From positions 35,712,001 to 35,776,000 of the forward strand of contig OX597821.1 in the NCBI GenBank assembly GCA_951406725.2: a DNA stretch of 64,000 bases, given 5' to 3'. Of the stretch, positions 40,048 to 55,345 are shown piece after piece. Every line of letters begins with the position of its first letter. Position 1 is the first letter of the stretch. Origin of the DNA: Octopus vulgaris. Taxonomy: Eukaryota. The notes beneath the pieces are model-generated. The model was given only the letters and a program-made list of their open reading frames with translations. It did no database searches and had not been told where the DNA came from. The position numbers and the translations under genes were made by a program.

Positions 40048-41555
40048 GGTAGTCCTCTATACGGCAGCACAACGCTAGCAATAACAGCCTCTCCCCAATT
40101 CAAAAGATTAAAATAAAACGAAATTGCACACTATCGTCTAAAAGTAAGCTATAGACGCATTGGAATATGCAGTGCTACTTGCACTACGCTTGAAGAAAAT
40201 ACAGCATGGTTGCTGTTGGAAAACCTTTCATCCGAGGTTTACATAATCATAATTGATGTGGAATTAAACATCAGCAGCAATACGCATGTCCCAAATCAAT
40301 GCAAATTTATTAGAAAAATTATGGATATGAATGCTAGTTTATGTTTCTGATCGAGGGTATTGAACTAGGGATTAAAACAAAAGAGATATTTAAATGGACG
40401 AGATGTATTGTCGTTTTGTTTTTTCGGCGACGAAGACATTCTTTCATTAACAGTTTAAACGATGCTGGAACAAATCGATTCTGGACAATTGACTGCAGCA
40501 GATGACAAATGGAAATTTGATATTTTGCAAAAGCTAGGCATCCTATTTGAGCCACTGACTTCATTGAATATATGATGTTATGTTACGTATAAAGATTCTT
40601 TGTTTCTTAATCTATTTTCAGTTAGCGAACGATAATGTTCAGAAGTCTCATTTCTGCACTATAGTAAATCAAATCAATACTTACATTAAAAAAAAAAATG
40701 AGATCTATTAACTTGGTAAAAACGAAATTGCCCCCCAGGTGTAAGATTTTAATCAGTGAAATATTATAAAGCTTCTTAAGTCAATAGAGCAACTATACTG
40801 TGTCTCATTCGCTGCTATGATATCATCGATTCGAAGAAAGAAGGAAGAAACAAAAATATTTTCCGTTGAGAATTTAAAAATATTGCTGGTACAGATTTTA
40901 CTCTAATGCAGTAAACACTCCTACTTTAAAATGTTTTAATTCTTCATTGCAAGCGGTAACATCTAAAGCACACACCTACTTTTGTTATCAAATGTGTTGC
41001 TAATCTTTCTTTGCAACAAATAGTGTGTTTAGTTCCTCAGAAGTTTTATGAGGACTCAGCAGAAACTAGTACCCAGGCAGCTTTATTTGTCTACACAAAT
41101 CAGTATGTTGCCTGACAGTTTGAGTAGCTGTCCATTTACTCTTTCTATATTATCGATGTTGAAAGAAGCAAGCACATAATTTAATCATCCATTTGTCTAC
41201 CTATAATCTCAACTGTTTAAATCAAATTGCACGTTCAGACTAAATGGGAAACAACTTTACCTAATCGCTTTTATTCAGTAAACAGTAAATTAATCTCAAC
41301 AATATTTAACTTCATACAATTGAATTTTTATATACACTACTTCGTTATACGTTTTATGTAAACCTTTTATTACATTTCAATATATGTCGGTTATTGTTCA
41401 TTGAATTTCAGCTAAAATGCTACCACTTCTGTAAAAACACCTGCTGTCTTTGATATACATACATGCAAGCGAACATACGTAAATATATACACAATACATT
41501 CATATATGTGTGTGTGTATGTGTGTGGGTGTGGGTGTGGGTGTGGTGTGTGTTCA

Positions 41556-41589
<34 letters not shown>

Positions 41590-41868
41590 CTTATTCAGGT
41601 GTAGAGTTCATTCGAGTCTAGGTATTTTAACTCTCAGAACGCCGGGAAACAGTTGAGTTTCACATGTACGTAGACGTATATACATATATATATAAAACAA
41701 TATACGCACATATATAGGAATACACAGACATACACACACACACATACACACACACACATACATAGGCACGTAATTTTACGATCCAATGTAAGTCACATAT
41801 CCAACATAAGATGGTCCTAAAAATGCGTGAAAAAATGCGTGTAGGAGCTAACGCTCAAAGATATATAT

Positions 41869-42104
41869 GGAAAAAAAGTCAAGATAGAAAATGCTAAAAT
41901 AATTTTATAAAAAACATTTCAGTACTGGTTTCAGTCATTGAGATTTTTTCAACTTTAAGTATGGAAAACAATTAAATTTAGAAAAATTTAAAAAAAGCTT
42001 TCTCAAAAGAATATTTGTATAGTGTTCAAATACAAGTGGCATTTTCCTTGTTTTTGCCTGTATCTGTCTCTCTTGTTTACTCTTGTGGGTTCGAGGTCGT
42101 TGTA
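41869..42104 (-). mobile_element. Second copy of the 4281-4508 repeat
   Basis: Colinear homology, same TA-repeat context, same UUGAAAA...GAAA motif (41920-41954). Confidence 0.85.
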
Positions 42105-42107
42105 TAC

Positions 42108-42168
<61 letters not shown>

Positions 42169-42212
42169 AAGAAAGAAAGAAAAATAAGTAGATAGGTAGC
42201 TAAGTAGCTAGC

Positions 42213-42291
<79 letters not shown>

Positions 42292-44825
42292 TGGGATGGA
42301 TGGATGGATGGATGGATGGATGGACAATGCGAAAAAATGAATTTTACTGTCGTGTCTTTCGAGAATACTACGGTACTGGAATATTTTTTATGTTATATTT
42401 AGTATGATGTATGTAAGCATAATTCAATATTCCCATCTAAACATCAAGATAATAGCGTGAAACAACGGAATTTGCCGAGGAATTTACCACAGGAAATGTC
42501 ATTAGAATAGATGTAAAGAAAGATAAAGGAAATGAAATTTTTGAATTAATCTAGTTTGAGAATGTCTTATTCTTATGGAAAGAACAGTATTAATTAACGG
42601 TGAATTAATTATTGTATCATAGCAACTGTTAATGTATATCTGGAAGGTACAGGTATTTTTTTCACGAATATTTCCGCAAACTGTAACTAGGAAATTCGAA
42701 GACATAGGAGTCGGCATCCTATGTGAATTAATCAATAAAGCACAAAATTTCCTGTGATTCTCTTTGACTCTTTATGTATAAACTGATGTGTCTAGCTCTT
42801 TTGTATTATTACTGTTCATTTCAAGAATTAATGCGAATACTGAAGTGACGGAAGATCTAGCTTCAACAGGTAATATGCATGGAAGAATTATATATGAAAA
42901 CAATTACGAAATGGATAAAAGAACTAAATGTTGCCTGCTTTAGAACCATTGAAAGAAACAGAATTATAACTGTTGTTGGGGAATATGTGACGTACGAAAA
43001 GGTTTTTTTGCACACGTGTACTATAGTATTAACACTGTAATGTAGAAAACCTAGAGTAGATTATTAATACGTTAGTTATACCGTGTTTTACTATAACATA
43101 TTGTATATTGTATTGTAAAGTATATCTAACGATATTTAGCAAATACCATGTATAAACTAAGATATGAATATTTTTTTCGTCTTGTTTCAGTTACTAGACT
43201 TCAACTAACCTGGTAGACAGAAGTTGTGTGGAAGCATTTTTTAGAAGGATTTTAGTTGAACAAATCTACGCCAATCCTTATATTTTTACGTCTGGAATTT
43301 ATTCTATGAAGGGCCGCCACACAACTTCCGTCTACCTAATTCGTCCACAAGGCATTAGTCGATCCGGGGCTATAGTAGACAATACTTGCTCACGATGCCG
43401 CGCAGAGAAACTCTAAACAAAACCGCGTATTTGTAAACCGAGCTTGTTAATTACACAGTCATGCTTACACGTATATCGTATGTCAATAAAATATTTTGAT
43501 GAATAGGAAACCAGGGTCAACTAAACTAGTATCAAACTGGTGCTGCCATTTCATAAGGGATGGGGTACTCTCCCCCACTACTCACAGAAATATTGCTTGT
43601 TACTCCAACGTTAATAAAGGCTGGAATAAAATCGATAGAACAATTTGCATACAGAACATATTTTTAGTGACCAGCTCAAGAAGAAACTTACTAGTGTTAA
43701 CACATTTTTTTCAGAGTTATAATGTACTATATCGATAGGTTTTTACCCGAGAAAAAATGTAATAGAGGTGCTCCTTCGTGGATAATGTCCTTTTTGCTCA
43801 ACAGCAATTGGAACCGAACTGATTGTTGCGAAGGTTGGATACTTTGAGAGGCATTACGCTCTAAAAGGAACTTCGAAGTGTTGCAATTATTCACAGGCAC
43901 TGGGTGTTGGGTTCGAAATATCATAGTGGTACTCGCTTCAGTAAGCGAATGTTTGTGCATCACACGGCGAGAGTATCTGAAGCAATTGGAGAACTAAATA
44001 AATAAGTTCGATATATTAAGAAAGAAGTGCTTCAACTGTCCTGCAGCACCTAAAAATATTCACAATCTGATCCTGCCCACAAATACTTGCAGCTGCCTAA
44101 TCGACAAGGCGTAAAATATGTGTCTTGGCCCTTTATGGGCAATAGAGAAAAGAATATGTGTGCTGTATTTTTAAGTTCTTTTTAATATGTGTATTTGTGT
44201 GTGTGTGTGTGTGTGTGTGTCTTCGCATGTGCGCTCGTGTGTATGCTGTGTTTATGTGTGTGTGTATCCGCATGCGTGTCGTGTAAACAGAGATTCACAT
44301 AGACGCGTACATATATATGTATTTTGTGTATTTTTACATAATGTTCATTTCTTATTGCAGGCACAAATTAGAACACTCGTATATGTTTTTGTATGCTCTA
44401 AAAGATGCATGGTAATAGCAAGATCGATAACAAAAACAACTTTTTGCAGGTACCTTCATACACGAATCAGGATTAACCTTATTTTAGAGCACATAAACTT
44501 ATTTTATTCATGCATTTCTTATTAACTCATTTTGTCAACGCATGCCATGTTTTGTTTTATCGGATTCTATGGTTTTATAAATATATATTTATGAATATGT
44601 TTGTGTGGCTGTGTTTTGTATTTGTGTATTCGCTTATATTCATACATCCATACTTACATACATATACATATATACATACACGTATATATATGTGTGTGTG
44701 TGTATACATATATATATGTGTGTGTGTGTGTGTGCGTATACACACACTCACACACAGACATACATACACACATACAAATATCAATATACTGTAAATACAC
44801 AATAACGTGTTTGCTTTCATTTCAG

Positions 44826-44910
44826 ATATGTAGGCATAATCTTGAACGGAACAAACGAGAATGGAACCGGTAGTTTGGTATTATGCGAAGTTATTATCTA
44901 CCAAGAATGA
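44826..44910 (+). CDS. F-type lectin gene, last coding exon
   Basis: ctttcatttcag acceptor, phase 2; (R)YVGIILNGTNENGTGSLVLCEVIIYQE* matches GRYV.I...L.LCEV; AATAAA at 45923. Confidence 0.9.
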
Positions 44911-45410
44911 TACCAGGCTGGAAGCAAGCAATATAGGAAAAGAAGAAAGAATAGTAGAGACAACGTATCACTTCGAACAAAGACAACATGAACTGAAGAA
45001 CTTCATCTCGTTTAAATCTCATGAAAAGTCGTTACTTCCTCTGAATGTATGATGTTTCTACTCATAAACAAACCAATATATTATGTAAACATGGATGTAT
45101 CATACATACGATAATACATTTTGTCCTTAAAATCATATACACGCAGTTACTTTATATATTATATTGTAAATGTGTAGTAGGACAATGAATGTATACATCG
45201 ACTGAAAGTAACACATGCATCCACACAGCATAATCACTCACACCACAAACACTACCATGCATACAGACGTGCATCAACAACGCTTGCAACCTACGCATAA
45301 ATTCACATGTATATTAAATGACGTATACCTGTATATAATTATATGTTTGTATTTATATATGTATGTATGTTATGTATATATATATATATGTATATATATG
45401 TATATATATG

Positions 45411-45468
<58 letters not shown>

Positions 45469-45792
45469 CATACATACATGTATGGAAATGTGTGAGTGCG
45501 TGCGTGTGCATAATTAAGTGTGTGTGTGTGTTAACGTGAGCTGTGAAAGTAAGTTGTAATATGAATAGTATGACTGTATTTAATTTCTGTAAGTTTCATC
45601 CTTCCATTTTGTAGAATGATATATATATGATATATATATACATACACATATATATGCATACATACATACATATATATATATATATAAGCACATGCTTATA
45701 TATTTGTATATGTGCGTATATATACCTATACACACGCACGCACACATGCACACATACACACTATACATATGTGCGTGTGTGTGTGTATTCAA

Positions 45793-45857
<65 letters not shown>

Positions 45858-46444
45858 TGTGACTATTTGTGTGCGTGTATACATATAGTTTGTGATAACT
45901 TTCATAAATGCTATTCCTTATAAATAAAGACTGTACGTCTCCGTAAGTTATATCTGTACATCACGGATATGTATTTTGATTTTACTTATACAAATACTGA
46001 AAAAAAGAAATCATAATAGAAGACTAGCATTTAATAGAGTAAATAATAATCATTTTTAACAGCATACATATGTGTCTATGTATGTATATGGATCCATAAT
46101 ACGTAGATGCAAACATATATTTTTACGATGATATCATTGTATTGTTATCGATTTATATATCTGTTTATTTCTGTTAATAGAACGTTAGTTGTATATTATT
46201 CCCTCTTCATTTTTATCATTGATGAACGCATTATTTTCCGTTCCTACTTTAGCTTACGTCTTACAAGTTTCATGCCGTTGTAAATAAACTGTTATAAATA
46301 CATCATATATTAAGTAGTGTCAATTGGAGAATTTTTTAATATTTTTTTTTGCAGGTTTTAAGCAAACAACATGCAAAATCCATTATGAATTACGTTTAAG
46401 ATTATTTCAGTTCTCCTAAACAGCTAATTTCTTTTAAAGCAATA

Positions 46445-46677
46445 CTTATTTCTTTACTACCCACAAGGGGCTAAACACAGAGAGGACAAACAAGGACAGA
46501 CAAACGGATTAAGTCGATTACATCGACCCCAGTGCGTAACTGGTACTTAATTTATCGACCCCGAAAGGATAGAAGGCAAATTCGACCTCGGCGGAACTTG
46601 AGCTCAGAAAGTAACGGCAGACGAAATACGGCTTCGCTTTTCGCCCGGCGTGCTAACGTTTCTACCAGCTCGCCGCC
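46445..46677 (-). mobile_element. SINE family B with 16-bp TSD
   Basis: Reverse complement of 38402-38632; TSD ttcttttaaagcaata at 46429-46444 and 46678-46693. Confidence 0.93.
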
Positions 46678-47128
46678 TTCTTTTAAAGCAATATTATTAC
46701 CAATGCCTTCCAAATCAATGTTGAGTAAGATTTTGAATACATCATTCCAGCAAAAATGTTACGTGTGATTGAGACCTTAGGAAAAGCCATCCGTCACACT
46801 TCAAATGAAAAGTACATTCTCTGTGCAATATACATGCATTAGATGTTTCCTAACTAATTCATTCTCATATCTAACACAACATATTCTCTGCTGAATTACA
46901 ACTGTGCAGTATAACATAGTGTATAATATTGACAATCAGACCCACTAAATTAACACACGTACTCTTATATAAATCATGGCCGATACTGTAATTCGAAACC
47001 ACTCAAACACTCTCATCATCCAACACTAAAAGTTATACATCGTGACAACAAGCCCCACAAGATTACACACCTCATGTCGCACAAACTCTACTGCAGCGAT
47101 GAAAGGCTAAAATAACTTAACAGACTGT

Positions 47129-47533
47129 AGGCGCAGGAGTGGCTGTGTGGTAAGTAGCTTGCTTACCAACCACATGGTTCCGGGTTCATTCCCACTGCGT
47201 GACACCTTGGGCAAGTTTTCTACTATAGCCTCGGGCCGACCAAAGCCTTGTGAGTGGATTTAGTAGACGGGAACTGGAATAAGCCCGTCGTATATATGTA
47301 TATATATATATGTGTGTGTAAGTGTTTGTGTGTCTGTTTTTTCCCCACCGTCAATTGACAACCGATGGTGGTGTGTTTACTTCCCCGTAACCTAGCGGTT
47401 CAACAAAAGACACTGATAGAATAAGTACTAGGCTTTCAAAGAATAAGTTCTGGGGTCGATTTACTCGACTAAAGGGCGGTGCTCCAGCATGGCCGCAGTC
47501 AAATAACTGAAACAAGTAAAAGAGTAAAAGAGA
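47129..47533 (+). mobile_element. SINE family A, full length
   Basis: Homology to 5511-5940. Confidence 0.92.
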
Positions 47534-47861
47534 GCCCTAAAAATAATACTATAGTAAATCAAAACTGATGCAGTATTTGTGATCACACCTCAATATTCCT
47601 AAAATACAATGATCACATATTTGGAGGGCACATAAAGGCCAATTGTTGTGCAGTATGCTGATATTTCACATTAATATCAGCAAAAAAGACGGCTATGAAA
47701 AAAATAAACTTAATAATTGTTCCTTATTTAGACACATGACTAGTACATTTCCAGGGAAGGGATTGGATGACGTGATCGAGTACAGCACGTTACTAGTTCT
47801 TTATTTTTTGACTTCAAAAAGCATTATTTCCGATGCTGTACTGTTTCTGCAACGACACGTC

Positions 47862-47862
47862 C

Positions 47863-47912
<50 letters not shown>

Positions 47913-48058
47913 TGGATTGAGGTAACAAAAATAGAAGAGTGTCATTGTTATCAAGTGAACAAGATGTCGAATAATGATGATGATGACGACGACGACGACC
48001 ACGACAATGATGATGATGATGATGATGATGATACTACTACTACTACTACTACTACTAC

Positions 48059-48101
<43 letters not shown>

Positions 48102-48230
48102 CAAAAACAACAGCAAGAAGGAGGAGGAGGAGGAGGAGGAGGAAGAAGAAGAAGAAGAAGAAGAAGAAGAACAAGAAGAAGAACAAGAAGAAGAACAACA
48201 ACAACAACAGCAACAAATAGAAGAAGAATT
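47862..48230. repeat. Compound trinucleotide microsatellite (ATT, GAT, ACT, AAT, GGA, GAA, CAA)
   Basis: Direct observation. Confidence 0.95.
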
Positions 48231-48471
48231 AATGGCCATTACATAACAAATACAGGAGTCATAAAACTATGTGGGAACAGACGATATAAAAGATTATCTA
48301 AAAATGAGATTACATCGATAGCAGTGTCCAACTGGTACTCATTTCATCAAATCCGCAATGATTAAAGGCAAAGTCGACCTCAGCGGCATTTAAACTCAGA
48401 ACGTAAGTACAGTCGAATGCACGATCATTGGAATCTTTACGAGCCACTTCTATCTGCTCCAGCAAAGGCGT

Positions 48472-49285
<814 letters not shown>

Positions 49286-50121
49286 TGTGCACGTACCTGA
49301 CAAAGAATATTACCTAAAACAAGTGCTGAATGTTTTGAAAATAGTTCTTAGCAGATAACGCAGCATCGGTAAGTAATCGGTAAATCATAAATCATGATGT
49401 TGATTTCCATCAACACACCACCGAGACATTTGCTAAAGTTTTTGAAACAAACGAAGATAAAACTACTGCTGAAATACACAGTCATGGATCGTGGAACGCA
49501 TGTTTAATAAATAACTGAGATAGTTTAATTCTAATAGCTTCTAAGATCCATCCCTTAAGAATTCAATAATCTTAAAAATCATTAACTTTTTTAAACGGAC
49601 TGTCACTTAATAATCATGGGTACTTTACCTCATTCCAAATATGATTTTTAATACGATCTTAAGAAAACTATTAAAAATAAAACGTTAGAGTTATCTCCCT
49701 TGCCTATTATTAAAGGGGCATAACAATAACAAACAATCGACTTTGACAGTTACTTCCCTTGACATGGTTAATTATTAAAATTTGATAAACGTTCTACCTT
49801 GAAATTTTTCTTTATCGGAATAATAAGAAATAAAAATACTGGCTTCAGTACTTGAATCGTGACCGTATTGAAGCAACTACGATATGCGATTAATTTATTA
49901 ATTTCGGAGAAGTCAATCTGCAGGACTTATGAACATTAAGCGACACAACATCTTTCAAATAATTATGAAATATTTACTGAATGTGTCTGTGGGAGCTTTT
50001 ATATTATTACACCGTTATTTTATTCACAGCTTATACTGAGCATCACCAAAATTATATACACTAAATGATTATAGTATCAGCGTTTAAGAAGATACGTATC
50101 TTTTAGAAGATTTATTAGAAA

Positions 50122-50796
50122 CTAGCTGAGGTGCCCGGTAAAATGTTACCGTTAATAAGATGTCTGTTTATAGCCATGAAATATTTTTCGTCAAATTTTG
50201 ACATTTTTCAAAAATGTTAAATCTATATTAATGACTAGGACACACTTGACGAAAAGATTAGCAGTCTGGTAATGACCCGTGTCGTCATCACTTTTCTGAA
50301 TGTGGGTAAAATGGCGAAATTTTCCTTTTGGGGGTCAGATTTCGGTAAATTGATGTCACGATCGGAAGTGTGCGAAATGCATAAATTTTGCTTGAGAAAC
50401 AAAATGGTCTTCCCTAATCAAAACCTGAAGTGCTGGGGAATTAAAACAACGAGTTGAAATCACAAGTTTTAGCAAATCAAAAACTTCGCATTGAAATGAA
50501 GAATTGGCATTGAAATGAAGAATTAGATTACTGTTAATAAGATGTTTATACCCATGAAACAGTTTTCGTCAAATTGATGTCATGATTCCTAGTGCGAAAA
50601 ATGCCGAAATTTTACCATTTTTGAAAAATCGATGCTGATTGAAAATCGATTTTTTTAAAAATTCCATGTCCGTAAGGGGCCGCATGGACATAAGCCCCCA
50701 ACACGTGTCAAGTTTCTTCGAAGCCTGTTGAACAGACTCGGAGGAGTTAAAGTAACAAATTCACAAACACAAAAACTTTCCTTTTATTATTATAGA
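50122..50796 (-). mobile_element. Non-autonomous Helitron
   Basis: Minus strand starts TCTATAATAATAAAAG, ends CTAG followed by T, with hairpin CGGTAA-catt-TTACCG about 10 nt before CTAG; no TSD. Confidence 0.8.
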
Positions 50797-50819
50797 CTAT
50801 TCCGAGTATCTTAAGTAGT

Positions 50820-51740
50820 GACATTTTCAACTTCGTGATTGTTCTTTTACAGACACTGGCGATTTAGGCGACCGAACGGAATCGAGAGCATCTGGAAATA
50901 TTTTGCTAGTATTTGCGTGTACATTAATGGTTGCCCTATTGCTGGTTTCCTCCTGTAAACTATCGTTTAATAATTTGTATGAAAATATCTAGTGACTTCA
51001 TGTCCAATGTATCCAGATGTGTCTAGATTTCATCGATGTAAGCCTTTGCATTACTTTGGCAATCAGTGTGTAGGTGGCCCCGTTTTACTAGAAATAAAAT
51101 TCCACATTTTCAACGTCGCAGTAAGTTCAGGGAAATGAGATCAGTTATAGTACCGTCAAAAATGTATGGCCTTATTGATCTCTTTGATGCTAAACCACAC
51201 CATCCTGTTATTCTTAAGTCCCCAGTAATTACAGTTCCGAAGATTAATTGGATCGTTGAATTTAAATGTAGCACTATCGCCAGAAACAATATTTGCTGGA
51301 ACCTGTGCATTTATACACATCTTGCTTCACACAAATTCCAAAACTGCTCGCTTCGATGCAGATTCCTCCACTGTATCTTTTCCGATAGAAGTCTTTCGAA
51401 CTGCCATGCAAGTTTCATTTTCAAATTCTTATCTCACCATTTTAAAATTCTTTTCACAGGACAGATTTTCTTGAACCATGGCAATGCGTTTCTCGACCCT
51501 TTTCTTGCTTTGTAGGGTTTGTCGATGTCCTTGGTCTTGTGGAAGTTTCCTTTGGGGATATTTCTAAGAGTTTATCAGTATAAAACTTTATCTCTAAGTC
51601 GAGTGATGCTAATTCGCATATGGATATGTATCTGAAACCGCAGTAGTAAATCGCCTTTGCACTGCAACTGTGTTTTCAAAGTTTCTGAGTAAAAATAAAC
51701 GCAGTTCAAAGTTTAGTCTGGATTCCTTCATTATTTCCAA
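50820..51740 (-). mobile_element. Decayed IS630-Tc1-mariner transposase (DUF4817-like N-terminus)
   Basis: MKESRLNFELRLFLLRNFENTVAVQRRF; ANIVSGDSATFKFNDPINLRNCNYW resembles FSDEA.F...G.VN..N..YW; WCGLASKRSIRPYIFDGTIT. Confidence 0.7.
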
Positions 51741-51812
51741 TTGGTTAAATCTAAAAAAGCAAAAAGGAAATTGAGTTGTGTGCACACACAAACACACGCA
51801 TATCTATATCTA

Positions 51813-51940
<128 letters not shown>

Positions 51941-51942
51941 AT

Positions 51943-53221
51943 AAGTTTAGCTCGTATACGAGTGGGTATATATTTGTAAAAAATGAAGTTTGAAAATGCT
52001 GCTATATTAGACAAATTTTAATTTTTATATATACATTATTTATTTAACATGTTTCGGTTCTTGAAATGTCGAACCTTATCAAAAAACATTATATATAAAA
52101 AAGATAGTTCATGCTATCAAATATAAAAAAATCATATATAATATTCAATAGAGTCAAACATAAAAAATTCATATATAGTAAAGCGAGTCCATGCTATATG
52201 TTTAAAGAGTATGATGTAGTAGTTCATAGTGGTGATATGCATTCAATAGAGTCAAATATAAAAAAATTCATGTTCTTGAAAAAGCGAGGAATTCATTTTA
52301 GATTTTACCTTGTGTTCCAATGGGAGCAACTGTAATGATTTTAGGTTGGTGTCTGTTCGTATAGTTTTGGTGAATTTTGTGAATTGTTTGGGTTTATATC
52401 AGCTCAGCTTAGCTGTCTCACTTGCATTTTTCACTGACGTTATATAGTTCCCAACCAATCAAAACTCAGTCTCAACGAATATATCCTGTTAGGAAACCAA
52501 CCAAGCAGAACGACAGTTTGGCCACGGAAGAAATACGTCATCCTTGTTTTTGACGGATTGAAATTAGATCTGATCCATGACTGTATCCTGTTAGGTGGCT
52601 AGTCCAGCGGAACGAGACGTCATCAATGTTTTGACCAATCATCTCGTTAGGTGGCTAGTCCAGCAGAACGGGACGTCATCAATGTTTTGACCAATCATCC
52701 CGTTAGGTGGCTAGTCCAGCAGAACGAGACGTCATCAATGTTTTGACCAATCAGAATCGGGTCTGACCTATAGTTGTATTAGATCTGACCCATGACTGTA
52801 TCCCGTTAGGTGGCTAGTCCAGCGGAACGAGACGTCATCAATGTTTTGACCAATCATCCCGTTAGGTGGCTAGTCCAGCAGAACGAGACGTCATCAATGT
52901 TTTGACCAATCAGAATCGGGTCTGACCCTTAGCTGTATCGTGTGTGGAAACCGACCAAGCAGGGTGACAATAGCTTGCCCACTGAGGTAATACGTCATCA
53001 GTTTCTTGACGAATCAGGATTAGATCTGCTCGTAGAGATCTTTTTATAAATGTTTTCTTTCCCTAAGACATATCTCTGTCAGTGTGAGTGACTGTTTAAG
53101 GCAGCGGCCGTGGTAGAATTTCGCTTCTCCTTTTCGGAGGACCAATGTTTTGTTTTAAAATTCCTGGCCCAGGGTGTTCAAACTTGGTCTAAATTTTTTG
53201 ATGAAATACAGTTCTTTATTG

Positions 53222-53222
<1 letters not shown>
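51943..53222 (-). mobile_element. 5'-truncated Penelope-like element (GIY-YIG tip, 3' region, pLTR with hammerhead)
   Basis: Minus strand INKELYFIKKFRPSLNTLGQEF* = GIY-YIG C-terminal E..FI....P.LN motif; UUGAUAA-GGUUC(GACAUUUCAA)GAACC-GAAACAUGUU at 52042-52087; (TA)n on both sides. Confidence 0.78.
52590..52917. repeat. 56-bp tandem repeat carrying CRE half-site and CCAAT box
   Basis: Units gttaggtggctagtccagc.gaacgagacgtcatcaatgttttgaccaatca at 52590, 52646, 52702, 52805, 52861. Confidence 0.92.
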
Positions 53223-53317
<95 letters not shown>

Positions 53318-54484
53318 CATATATATATGCCGTGTATGTGAACGCATATGAAGGTATAGTCTGCATCGCCTGCAAGGAGTATCAAAACATCTGGCTCTAA
53401 TGATAGGCCTGAAATTTTGAAAGAGGGTTATTCCATTACATTGCCCCCGTGCTCAACTAGTACTTATTTCATGAACCATGAAAGGGTGAATTGCAAAGTC
53501 AAAAATTTCAACACAGAATGTAAAGCTGGGCGAAATGTCACTAAGCATTTTGTCTGGTGTGTTGACGGTTTTGCAATCTCACTGCCTTTATAGTCGCTTA
53601 TTATAATAGTTGTGAAAATACAATGTTGTTAGGGATATGTTACGAACAACCGTCGGTTGCAGAAAGGAAGATCGCACTCCAAATGCATGTTCTTTTGCTG
53701 TTCGTCGCACTCCCTTCAAGGACGCTTTAGCAAAAATCTCTCGAGAGGATATTACCGCTACTTGTGTAACAACTGGGGTTTCTGATTTGCAGCCCCTGTC
53801 ATATTGCTTTCACTTCCACATTCAAGATGAAGGACAGCTTTGAGATGGCTATTCTGCGTGGATCATCAGAAACTGCATCTCCATTGTGATCCCAACTCAC
53901 TTCATATTTTTTGTCTACTCAGGGCACACAACAAATCTACAGTACTTCAACATTGAAAATGATCCATTGGGAAGATAGAAGACTCATTAAATTGACTTCT
54001 CTGTTAGCAACGTCCTCAAACTTAAAAACCCAACTTAAATTCCAATACGCCCCACTTTGCTCAGAACCTGTTAACTTCTCGCTTGAGAGTTAACTGAAAT
54101 TTCTCACGATTTCATGCTTTCTTCGATAATATCAGCAGACAAGAAAAGTCTATTCAATTTGACCTACATTTCTACCTGGTGAACAACTTTAGCAACTATG
54201 AATAACTTGATTTGTTTTGTTGTAGCTGTTATGTAACATTTTCTTTTCTAATTAGATTGCTTGAGTTCATTTTTCTAAGGGATTTTCTTTCTTATTACCC
54301 AGCCTAGCATTTTTAAAAACCGGTTCAAAATGTAGTCCAGAAGAAGAAAGTGTGCTGTCATCCGAGTATATGAATCTATAAGCTATAATACTAATCTAAA
54401 TTATAGAACTAAAATACATTATTAAGTATAATACAAAAATATCTAACGATAAACGTAGGTGGTTGCTCGAATGTCTTAGAATGC

Positions 54485-54564
<80 letters not shown>

Positions 54565-54595
54565 CAACAATAACAATAACAACAACAACAATAAC

Positions 54596-54639
<44 letters not shown>

Positions 54640-54649
54640 TAACAATAAC

Positions 54650-54681
<32 letters not shown>
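54485..54681. repeat. (AAT)n/(AAC)n microsatellite
   Basis: Direct observation. Confidence 0.95.
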
Positions 54682-54683
<2 letters not shown>

Positions 54684-55134
54684 TCTTTTATTAGCCACAA
54701 GGGCTTACATAAAACAACATTAAAGGACATATATACGAAGAAAATGTACCAGAATAATATAGAGCCTGTGGAACTTGGAACTTGCAACAAGCAAATGGCT
54801 GATGGAGATTGGAATGCAATGGCCAGTAGAGGTTCTACATAAAGTTTGTCTCTTAGGGATAGCAAGGATTATCAGGAGGGTTCTAATGAAGAAGGAGAGG
54901 GAGGAGGCATAAGGCGGGGGAGAAGAAGAAGAAGAAGAAGAAGAAGAAGAAGAAGAAGAAGAAGAAGAAGAAGAAGAAGAAGAAGAATACTATAGCATGT
55001 GGCAAAACGATAGGTTAAATGAGTACGAAAATAATAATGAAGATGATGATGATGATGAGGAGGAGGAGGAGGAGGAGGAGGGGGGGGGTAGGATGGCGAA
55101 GGGGATGATGAGGATGTTGAGGAGGAGGAGGAAG

Positions 55135-55345
55135 TGGTGGAGGTTGAAGAGGAGGTGGAGGAGGTTGAAGAAGAGGTGGAGGAGGTTGAAGAGGAGGTGG
55201 AGGAGGTTGAAGTGGAGGTGGAGGAGGTTGAAGAGGAGGTGGAGGAGGTTGAAGCGGAGGTAGAGGAGGTTGAAGAGGAGGAGGAGGTGGTGGTGGTGGT
55301 GGTGGTGAGGAGGAGGGGGAGGAGGAGGTTGAAGGGGAGGAGGAA
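55135..55345. repeat. 21-nt purine-rich minisatellite (GAGGAGGTTGAAGAGGAGGTG)n
   Basis: About 7 near-perfect units embedded in GA-rich simple repeats. Confidence 0.85.

Noticed and set aside
42780-42870. Candidate extra exon ending cag|gtaata
   Set aside because: Exons 5 and 6 already join in phase into a complete GRYV motif; no lectin-like content here.
47643-48365. 240-aa ORF with homopolymer runs
   Set aside because: Compound trinucleotide microsatellite.
52590-52917. Regularly spaced repeats resembling a CRISPR array
   Set aside because: Units are contiguous with no unique spacers, no cas genes, eukaryotic context.
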